Virus record (IMG/VR): IMGVR_UViG_3300021519_000877
Span: 1-64,000 of that record
Origin: a virus
DNA: 64,000 bases
Direction: 5' to 3' (one strand)
The notes beneath the pieces are model-generated. The model was not told the DNA's origin and did not search any database. It saw only the letters and a program-made list of their open reading frames with translations. A program made the translations under genes and the position numbers. This document shows, in pieces, positions 57,239 to 64,000 of this stretch; within the stretch, counting starts at the first letter, position 1, and the number at the start of each line of letters is the position of its first letter.

Positions 57239-58159
57239 TTACTGAAGTCTAGAAAGCTTCACAAGAACAGCCGCTAGGTTAATTTCACCGTCAGCAATCA
57301 ATCCATGATCCACAAGACCCTGTTTAATAATCAATAACGCTGAATCCATAGTTTCGTCATCTTTACCAAACAAATTTAAGTTGTCATACATCCAACGATA
57401 GATATCACCCATCTCTTCAGGGCGAGCAGCGCCGCACAATAACTTGCGAGCTTGCTGAATCTTGCCTTGCTTGAATAGTTCGACCATTTGGATCTTATAA
57501 TCAGCTACTCCGGCATCACTTTCGTTAGCACCTAGCAACTGACCATCTTGTGTGTTTTGTTGAACAAAGTTAATACATTTTCGTAAATCTGGATAAGTCA
57601 CTTTAACATAGGTATCTAATGTATCTAAGTCAAACTCAATATTTTCTGTAACAAGAATAGTTGCAACACGAGCAGTAAACTCAGTTTGATCAATACTGCT
57701 AAAATGCATCTGTTGACAACGACTATGAATAGCATCCATAATTCGTTGCGGTTGATTGCAAGTTAGAATGAATCGAGCAGTCTTGCTGTATTCTTCCATA
57801 ACACCACGAAGTGCTGCCTGGGCATTTGGACTTAGATAGTCTGCCTCATCAAGTAGCACACACTTAAAAGGACCAAATGGCATCATCTGCACAAAGTTGG
57901 TAATCTTATCGCGAACATCGTCTACTGAGTTAGTGCGTGATGCATTGATCTCTAGGATGTCATATTCTTCTACGCCAATTTCGTGTAGCAACAATTTAGC
58001 AAGAGTAGTTTTGCCAATACCTGGACTGCCGCTTAACATTAGATGCGGAATGCTTTTATCTTTGATCCAAGTTATAATTTGTTTCTTTTGATTTGCATCA
58101 CGAAATACATATCCATCTACTGTATTAGGACGATATTGTTCTACCCATAATTCGTTCAT
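57239..58159 (-). CDS. Clamp loader ATPase subunit (RFC small subunit / T4 gp44-like)
   Basis: WVEQYRP, GSPGIGKTT, EINAS, LDEADYL..AQAALR, SRC, DLRK.IN. Confidence 0.9.
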   Translation of the reverse strand: MNELWVEQYRPNTVDGYVFRDANQKKQIITWIKDKSIPHLMLSGSPGIGKTTLAKLLLHEIGVEEYDILEINASRTNSVDDVRDKITNFVQMMPFGPFKCVLLDEADYLSPNAQAALRGVMEEYSKTARFILTCNQPQRIMDAIHSRCQQMHFSSIDQTEFTARVATILVTENIEFDLDTLDTYVKVTYPDLRKCINFVQQNTQDGQLLGANESDAGVADYKIQMVELFKQGKIQQARKLLCGAARPEEMGDIYRWMYDNLNLFGKDDETMDSALLIIKQGLVDHGLIADGEINLAAVLVKLSRLQ

Positions 58160-58389
58160 TTGTTATCTTCTTTTTTAGGTTCGGTTGCTTGTAATGTTTC
58201 ATCTGCTACCAGCTTTGAAATTTCATTGATTGCTTTTTCTTCATTATATGCATCTAATGCTTCCTCACCGGTACCTATCATTTTCCGCATGTATAGTGGA
58301 ACATATTTTCCAAAGATAGCTTCATAATTAGCATCCACTACTTCTTTTGGAACTTTGGTCGGACGTCGACGATCACCTTTACCTGCCAT
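58156..58389 (-). CDS. Hypothetical protein
   Basis: 77-aa ORF coupled to neighbours. Confidence 0.55.
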   Translation of the reverse strand: MAGKGDRRRPTKVPKEVVDANYEAIFGKYVPLYMRKMIGTGEEALDAYNEEKAINEISKLVADETLQATEPKKEDNK

Positions 58390-58571
58390 TATACTAATTC
58401 CTCTGCAATGCCTAAAATTTCCGCGGCAATTAATAATCCGCCTGCAATAGCAATAGCACTCGGTGCACTATGGATAATTAATGCAACACCTGCGGCAATT
58501 CGTAATAAACTTTTGACAAAGCTAATGTTACGATGTAATAATGGATCTGGAATTTTTGATAAGTCTTTCAT
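58389..58571 (-). CDS. Small membrane protein
   Basis: Two hydrophobic helices in 60 aa. Confidence 0.55.
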   Translation of the reverse strand: MKDLSKIPDPLLHRNISFVKSLLRIAAGVALIIHSAPSAIAIAGGLLIAAEILGIAEELV

Positions 58572-58573
58572 TG

Positions 58574-59047
58574 TTATTCACCTTTTAATATTTTATTTTG
58601 TTCTGCTTGAACTACACGCTTGCGTAAACTGCTTGAGCTAAACGAATGATCTCTACCGTTGAATATTAGTTCAATATTTCTAGCATAACATTCATGCCGT
58701 CCTGTAAACTCTTTATCTTCATACTCTACACCTAATATCCTAACATCAATTGGAAGGATTAGCAATAGGTCAACTAGGTCCTGCTCAGTGTTGTAAACTA
58801 CAATCTCGTCAACATACCGTGTAGCGGCTAATTGAATTTGTCGTTCTACAATACTTTGAATAGGTTCATTCTTTTCAGGACGATCCCATTGAGCATTATT
58901 CTGTAGGCCAGCAATTAAGTAATCGCAATGATTCTTTGCTTCGGACAACATAGCAATATGCCCTGCGTGAAGCATATCGAATTGACTGAATGTAATGCCG
59001 ATCTTAAGACCTTTAGCTTTGAGTTCTTTAATGTGATTGAATATCAT
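58574..59047 (-). CDS. TagD/RfaE-like cytidylyltransferase
   Basis: FDMLHAGH (HxGH), AK..CDYLIAG, ER, YVDEIV, RDHSFSSS.LR. Confidence 0.85.
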   Translation of the reverse strand: MIFNHIKELKAKGLKIGITFSQFDMLHAGHIAMLSEAKNHCDYLIAGLQNNAQWDRPEKNEPIQSIVERQIQLAATRYVDEIVVYNTEQDLVDLLLILPIDVRILGVEYEDKEFTGRHECYARNIELIFNGRDHSFSSSSLRKRVVQAEQNKILKGE

Positions 59048-59053
59048 ACACTG

Positions 59054-59083
59054 ATTATACAGGGAAGGACAGGGCCGTGTCAA
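59054..59083 (-). promoter_or_regulatory. Sigma70-type promoter, likely leaderless transcript
   Basis: TTGACA-N18-TATAAT then 6 nt to ATG 59047; the -35 lies in the loop of inverted repeat ACAGGGC/GCCCTGT. Confidence 0.7.
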
Positions 59084-59097
59084 GCCCTGTTTTTAAA

Positions 59098-59460
59098 TTA
59101 TTGAATAAACGGCTTTAAATCTGGAGCAGTCCAACCTGTTGGTTTTAAAACTTTACCATCTTCACGCTTACGAACTTTACCTGTGTCTTTATCAATCTTG
59201 GCAAAGTTGGTACGCATAACTTCTTTCCACGCACCTTCTGCATCAAACCCGCCACTATGAATAGCACCGATAGTAACAACCAGAATATCAACAAGTGCAT
59301 CCAACTGTTCTACACGATCTTCTTCACGTAACGCTGCTGATAATTCTTTGCTTTCTTCATCAATAAGGCCAATATACATTGCATATTGATCTCTGTTACG
59401 ATCGCCTGTTGTTTGATCACAAGCCTTCATAAATGTTTCTTGGTCACGAAATGGGTTCAT
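59098..59460 (-). CDS. MazG-like/all-alpha NTP pyrophosphohydrolase (PRA-PH-like)
   Basis: LIDEE.KEL...EQLDALVDILVV..G, EV.RTN.AK...REDGKVLKP.GW..PDL. Confidence 0.8.
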   Translation of the reverse strand: MNPFRDQETFMKACDQTTGDRNRDQYAMYIGLIDEESKELSAALREEDRVEQLDALVDILVVTIGAIHSGGFDAEGAWKEVMRTNFAKIDKDTGKVRKREDGKVLKPTGWTAPDLKPFIQ

Positions 59461-59461
59461 A

Positions 59462-59842
59462 TTATCCTGGAATGTTAAAATTGAAATTACTACCACCAGT
59501 TGCGGCAACTCCACGCTGAATAGAATTTTTAGGTTTTTCATCAGCTAACAATAACATAGCGTTAAGATCAGCCATATAGATTTTGGCAATAGTGCCATCA
59601 TCGTTTTCATATTCCATTTCGCGTGTCCAACGAGCATGTTCCATTAGGATCCACTCGCCAATTTTAACATCTTGTTGGTTTGGCCCAATTGCCCAAACAC
59701 GACCCCAGCGAGGTTTAATACCTTCACCTCTACCGTTGTCGCTTTTTAGGATAAGCCCTGCGGCAGTTACTTCATCGCCGAATTCTATGTCTGTGACAAA
59801 AACTTTATCACGCAACGGTTCTAACTTGCCTTTAATTATCAT
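59462..59842 (-). CDS. groES: GroES-like co-chaperonin (T4 gp31 analogue)
   Basis: PLRDKVFV...TAAGLIL...G.V.AIGP...VKIGE. Confidence 0.8.
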   Translation of the reverse strand: MIIKGKLEPLRDKVFVTDIEFGDEVTAAGLILKSDNGRGEGIKPRWGRVWAIGPNQQDVKIGEWILMEHARWTREMEYENDDGTIAKIYMADLNAMLLLADEKPKNSIQRGVAATGGSNFNFNIPG

Positions 59843-59844
59843 TC

Positions 59845-60051
59845 TTAATCTTTCTTAGGATTTTGTTGATTGTAATGATCGTTTACAATATCTTCACGTT
59901 TACGAACTACTACACCACCTGGGCCTAGTTCGTCGCCACGGGCGTTCATACGAACATTACCAACTGCTGGCATTGTTTCATTACGTGCGGCAAGTGATTC
60001 CATATCAACTGCTTTACCTTGCATACTGCGATATATTTTTCTTTCGGACAT
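59845..60051 (-). CDS. Hypothetical protein
   Basis: 68 aa, AGGAG RBS. Confidence 0.6.
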   Translation of the reverse strand: MSERKIYRSMQGKAVDMESLAARNETMPAVGNVRMNARGDELGPGGVVVRKREDIVNDHYNQQNPKKD

Positions 60052-60061
60052 TTATGTCTCC

Positions 60062-60583
60062 TTATTTTAAAAACTCATGTATGTCTAAATCATACTTTAT
60101 GCTATCTACTTTATGGATTCCAATTAAGTACAATACATAACTTGCTACACTTGAACCACGTCCTACACCCCATACAATGTTATTTTCACGCATGGTGTCT
60201 ACTAAGTATTTAATGTACTTCAGCAGTGGGATCATGTTATGTTGGGCAAATAACTTTAATTCTTCAGTTACTCGCTCTTTTTCTGTTACTGTACGGCATT
60301 CACAGTATAACCAATCTACAATATCATATAACCTATACTTTTCAGGCATAAACCACTGTGCTTGATTAGCTTTATCAAACTCTTGTTTGCTGGCTACGGG
60401 CTCTGCACAAATTTGTACAAAACCAGTGTTATCGTAATTTTTCTTTACACTTTCATTGAAAATCGTACAAATTGCTGGATTGTCTAAGAAAATTGTTCCA
60501 AGGTCTGTGATTTTACCAGAATACAGAGCATCAAATACTTCTTGAGCATTTAATATAACTTGTCCGTATTCCGTGATTTTCAT
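60062..60583 (-). CDS. DNA polymerase III alpha (DnaE)-like fragment
   Basis: ERV.EEL, WGVGRGSSVASYVLYLIGIHKVDSIKYDL matches the DnaE GPGRGSGAGSLVAY.L.IT.LDP..YDL motif; ends before the catalytic DxD. Confidence 0.75.
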   Translation of the reverse strand: MKITEYGQVILNAQEVFDALYSGKITDLGTIFLDNPAICTIFNESVKKNYDNTGFVQICAEPVASKQEFDKANQAQWFMPEKYRLYDIVDWLYCECRTVTEKERVTEELKLFAQHNMIPLLKYIKYLVDTMRENNIVWGVGRGSSVASYVLYLIGIHKVDSIKYDLDIHEFLK

Positions 60584-60589
60584 ACCCTT

Positions 60590-60618
60590 ATTATAACAGG
60601 TATTGTGAGTAAGATCAA
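60590..60618 (-). promoter_or_regulatory. Extended -10 sigma70-type promoter, likely leaderless transcript
   Basis: TTGATC-N17 with TGn-TATAAT, 6 nt before ATG 60583. Confidence 0.65.
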
Positions 60619-60857
60619 CCTACGTTGATGAGTCCGTCTAGACCTTTGTCTTGGCGTTGCATTAGCTTTTTGGTTGCTTCAGACTGTCTGCGTAGAACTT
60701 CTTCTCTTAATGAATTCAGAATCATCACAATTTGATTAGCTAATGCGCCATTGCCTGATCTAAGAGCAATACTATATTTTTTATTAAGGTCACCAATTTT
60801 TGCATCTAACTCAGTATCCTTTAGATGAGAAAAATCGTCTAGTAGTGGATTAAACAT
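60615..60857 (-). CDS. Hypothetical helical protein
   Basis: 80-aa ORF. Confidence 0.6.
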   Translation of the reverse strand: MFNPLLDDFSHLKDTELDAKIGDLNKKYSIALRSGNGALANQIVMILNSLREEVLRRQSEATKKLMQRQDKGLDGLINVG

Positions 60858-60858
60858 T

Positions 60859-61191
60859 TTACCAGCTTCCGCTTACTGTAGCAACTTTTGCCCAAATATT
60901 TGTAGTGGTGTTTACATAATTTGCATAACAAACATATACAGTTGAACTCGTGGCATAAATCTGCCCATCTAAGTCACCTTCTTTACCAACAGAGCTGGCT
61001 GGCTCCGATAGCGCATGGGTAACTAATGCTGTTTGGATAACTTGCACATCAGAGATCTCAGCAGCCGCAGTTTCTAAGCTATTTTTAATAGCAATAAAGT
61101 TATCGCGGAATCCTTGTGTATCGTTATCCTGTCCAGGAACTGGAAAAGTTGTATCAATATTTGTGCTGTAGTTTGTTAAAGTTGAGGCCAT
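60859..61191 (-). CDS. Virion structural protein (short paralogue of 61231-62139)
   Basis: NID.TFP..GQDN...GFR.NF.AIK..L..A..EI shared domain; TAAATA box at 61220-61215. Confidence 0.6.
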   Translation of the reverse strand: MASTLTNYSTNIDTTFPVPGQDNDTQGFRDNFIAIKNSLETAAAEISDVQVIQTALVTHALSEPASSVGKEGDLDGQIYATSSTVYVCYANYVNTTTNIWAKVATVSGSW

Positions 61192-61230
61192 ATGTGTTTA
61201 CCGTTGTAGTTGTATATTTATGTGCTAATA

Positions 61231-62139
61231 TTATAGGGCTGCAATAGCTGATTGGAAAGCACCCCAACTGCCGGCCGCAGCAACTATGGATTTTAATGTT
61301 GTTAACGATATTACATCAAGATCAAGCACAACACCACCTAACGTTGATGTAGTAGCTGGTAGTAAATCCCACCAAATTGATGGAGGTGTTATTCCATCAT
61401 TGGGCCAACTTTCTGCATATTGTGTTCCAGTACCATTTAAGAAGTTAATGTTGGTACTAATAGTTCCATCTGCTTGAACAGCAATAGAGCCGCCTGCATA
61501 AACTTTAACTCCGCCCTTAACTAAAGTGCTTGCTGTAGGTAGAGTATATGCTTGAACAGATATAGTTCCAGTAGCTGATACTAAAATACCACTACCAATT
61601 CTAACAATACCGTTGGTTGTTGTAGATGCTACCGGCAATGATGAAGCAGTAGTTACATTAAGTGTTCCGTCGATGGCAACAAATACTCCCTGTCCTACTT
61701 TAATTCCGCCCAAAGTTGATGTAGTTGCTGGAACTAATACAGTTGCGGTGCTTCCGCTAATAACTCCGTTTATGTCAACGCTTAATCCTGTCCCGATAAT
61801 AATTCCACCGAGTGTTGTAGTAGTTGCAGGTTCTAACAGGGCAATGCTTATTGTTCCAGATTGATCAACTAATATACCTTCGCCAATAATAACACCGCCT
61901 ATTGTTGCGGATGTTGCCGGCACTAGAGTAGTTGCTCCGGTAGTTGTGTTTATGGCCAACCCATCGCCTAATGTTATTAGCGATTGGCTCGGATCAGTCT
62001 GTAACGCAGTAATTTCAGTTTTTGCATTATCGAGCGCAACTTTAATAGCACTAAAATTTTCTCTAAATCCAGCACTAGGGTTATCTTGCCCTTGTTTGGG
62101 GAATGTTGCATCTATATTAACTGTATCAATTTGGCTCAT
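61231..62139 (-). CDS. Virion fibre-like protein with PAT(T/S)xxLGG repeats
   Basis: Six to seven PAT..TLGG(I/V).(I/V)G.G repeats; TAAATA box at 62171-62166. Confidence 0.65.
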   Translation of the reverse strand: MSQIDTVNIDATFPKQGQDNPSAGFRENFSAIKVALDNAKTEITALQTDPSQSLITLGDGLAINTTTGATTLVPATSATIGGVIIGEGILVDQSGTISIALLEPATTTTLGGIIIGTGLSVDINGVISGSTATVLVPATTSTLGGIKVGQGVFVAIDGTLNVTTASSLPVASTTTNGIVRIGSGILVSATGTISVQAYTLPTASTLVKGGVKVYAGGSIAVQADGTISTNINFLNGTGTQYAESWPNDGITPPSIWWDLLPATTSTLGGVVLDLDVISLTTLKSIVAAAGSWGAFQSAIAAL

Positions 62140-62174
62140 AATTTGTATCTACCTTTGGATTTACATATTTATTG

Positions 62175-63998
62175 TTAGGGTGTTGGGTAATATAACCAAC
62201 CATTTTGATCTGATTCTTTTGGTGTTTCGACAATAATTCTATCTGTATCAAAATCGAACTGTTTAAAATCAAATCCACTATCTCTAATTCTAGATAATAC
62301 TTTGGCTGTATTACCGGGTAACACATAACAAATAGGAACTGCTTTAATAAATCCTAGTGGCACTCCTGTATCTGATTGTAATGTGGTCATATATCTTGGT
62401 TGCAATCTATCATCAACTGCTATTGTTGCAGAATCGATCTGTATAGCTTCTAACTGAGTCTGCATATTAGCCAATGAAACTGCATTTGCTGGACTGTAAC
62501 TATTGGACATTTGATTATCAATGATGTCTACATAAATTAATTCATAAACAATATTTCCATTAGAATCTTCTGCCGCTACACTCTTTATATCTCCAAAGTA
62601 GAATCGTTTTCTATGGAAATATTGTTGCATTGCACCTACGTAAGAATTAATGTCAATCTTTTCAAGGCCTGTTTCAATAACCATTTTGATTTGTGGCTGA
62701 ACTCCGAACTCTGGATCGTTTGGTCTGTATAGTAATGTAGAATCGAATGTTACTGAGTTACTCATAAAATCTCGATATGCAACTCTGCTTGCTGGAGCCA
62801 AAAATGGTTTAACATATACTCGTGTATATTCAGTAAGTGATGTTTCTTTGATAGTAATGTAGCATTCTTGATCAACTGCACTTAATTTGTAAACATCGCT
62901 TGCACGAACAGTAAAGTACCAATTCTCATCGATAGTAGTTGACCCGCCGTCAATAGTAAATGCATGAAATACATTTGTGGCAGTAAAGTCAAAATAAGTT
63001 TGACTCCTATAATCGACTCTGCCTTCAATCGTTCCGTCAGTGTTGAGTGTTAATCCTTTTGGTAAGACACCGCCTACAAGTTCATACTGTATATTATAAT
63101 CAGCATATACATTCTGTGCCAATACTGATAGCTCACTAAACTGTCCTGGAATTACAGTTCCTAACGAACCGGTAGTTATAAACTGAATGTAACTATCAAT
63201 ATCACCTTTAATTGTTAGAATAAAAATTTGAGGAGATACAACGGTACTTTGACTTTGCTGATCTGTTTTAATTATATTGATTGTAAATCTATAACTTTTA
63301 CTATATGCAGGTTGATATGAAAGGCGTCCGCATAGCTGTCCAGTTTCACTGTCTAGGCTCATGCCGGGTGGGTGCTGGCTAGCAGTACCAAGATAAACAA
63401 CTTGTGAATCTGGCAACTCTTGAACTAATGGGCGATCTAAATTAAGAATGCCACTAGTTGTACCTGTTGGAATAACTCCGAGGATTGTATATGTTGTTGA
63501 ATCAAAATCTGGAATGTATTCGTCTAACCGTAGCTTCATACCTGCTACTGGAAATACTTTAGCATTTTTAAAATAAATTACAGAATCGCCTGCTAAATTT
63601 TTTGTTGGAAAACTGGCGGCATCGTATTGGCTATCAATAGCAATGCTTATTTCTGGATTGACTGTGGTTGACCAATCCCAAGTTAATGGACCTACAAATG
63701 GATACGGATCGTATTCATATAAAGAAATAATCTGATCGCGTCCGGATCTAATTGTTCCAAGATTGGCTGTTCGGGCCAGTAGTTGACCAAAATTGTTTTG
63801 CCATAACGGAGCAACAAGATAGCTTGCACTATCGTCGAGTAAGGTAGTATCTACGTGAACAGTAATATTGTCAGTTCGCAAACTATTAGGATCAACAATT
63901 GTCATGTTAAACAATTGGCGTGAGCTTGAGATACCGTCAGTGACTGTTATGTAAAATTGATAAGTTTTATTAATTGACTCTGGCTTAACCAGTTCAAC
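62175..63998 (-). CDS. Large structural protein with Ig/cadherin-like repeats (baseplate-type), 5'-truncated by window edge
   Basis: Frame open to the right edge (VELVKPESINK...); PPGMSLD..TG.L.G and GVLPKGLTLN.DGTIEG He_PIG-like repeats. Confidence 0.65.
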   Translation of the reverse strand, partial: VELVKPESINKTYQFYITVTDGISSSRQLFNMTIVDPNSLRTDNITVHVDTTLLDDSASYLVAPLWQNNFGQLLARTANLGTIRSGRDQIISLYEYDPYPFVGPLTWDWSTTVNPEISIAIDSQYDAASFPTKNLAGDSVIYFKNAKVFPVAGMKLRLDEYIPDFDSTTYTILGVIPTGTTSGILNLDRPLVQELPDSQVVYLGTASQHPPGMSLDSETGQLCGRLSYQPAYSKSYRFTINIIKTDQQSQSTVVSPQIFILTIKGDIDSYIQFITTGSLGTVIPGQFSELSVLAQNVYADYNIQYELVGGVLPKGLTLNTDGTIEGRVDYRSQTYFDFTATNVFHAFTIDGGSTTIDENWYFTVRASDVYKLSAVDQECYITIKETSLTEYTRVYVKPFLAPASRVAYRDFMSNSVTFDSTLLYRPNDPEFGVQPQIKMVIETGLEKIDINSYVGAMQQYFHRKRFYFGDIKSVAAEDSNGNIVYELIYVDIIDNQMSNSYSPANAVSLANMQTQLEAIQIDSATIAVDDRLQPRYMTTLQSDTGVPLGFIKAVPICYVLPGNTAKVLSRIRDSGFDFKQFDFDTDRIIVETPKESDQNGWLYYPTP

Positions 63999-64000
63999 AA

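Noticed and set aside
1-64000. Alternative genetic code (stop-codon reassignment)
   Set aside because: Very long ORFs are intact under the standard code, genes end in TAA, TGA and TAG with tight coupling, and the one broken gene needs a frameshift rather than readthrough.
1-64000. tRNA genes, CRISPR arrays, introns/inteins, integrase or transposase
   Set aside because: None recognised by eye; intergenic gaps are short, and polB and clpA have normal lengths. A covariance-model scan was not run.

Overview
A 64 kb, AT-rich, densely coding segment of a large tailed dsDNA phage (Caudoviricetes). It has T4-like replication genes, standard genetic code, and a probable Gram-negative host (two-component spanins). 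Positions 1-22.8 kb (+) are a tail/baseplate module: a >3,970-aa virion protein truncated at the left edge, a collagen-like fibre, an S53 sedolisin protease and four paralogous fibre-like proteins. Positions 22.8-64 kb are almost all on the - strand. They encode a MoxR AAA+/VWA pair, a frameshifted 5'-3' exonuclease, and an 8.7 kb 7-deazaguanine cluster next to the sliding clamp and family B DNA polymerase. The cluster holds a TGT/DpdA-like transglycosylase, a QueD-paralogue with LxxxHRHxF, a glycosyltransferase, FolE, a cupin, a PRTase, a HIT protein, a CDGSH-like Fe-S mini-protein and an atypical QueE; no QueC or QueF is in the window. Further along are putative capsid-packaged polyproteins with two PolX/Pol-beta-like nucleotidyltransferases, ClpA/Def/DnaJ/GroES, a holin-spanin cassette, PhoH, a clamp loader, a DnaE fragment and more structural genes truncated at the right edge. 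Best candidates for an undescribed system: (1) a 7-deazaguanine DNA-modification pathway with a glycosyltransferase and accessory enzymes; (2) the protease-processed nucleotidyltransferase module. Regulatory signals visible in the sequence include consensus sigma70 promoters, T4-late-like TAAATA boxes and tandem operator-like hairpins before the polymerase. All functional calls come from motif recognition by eye; no database searches were run.
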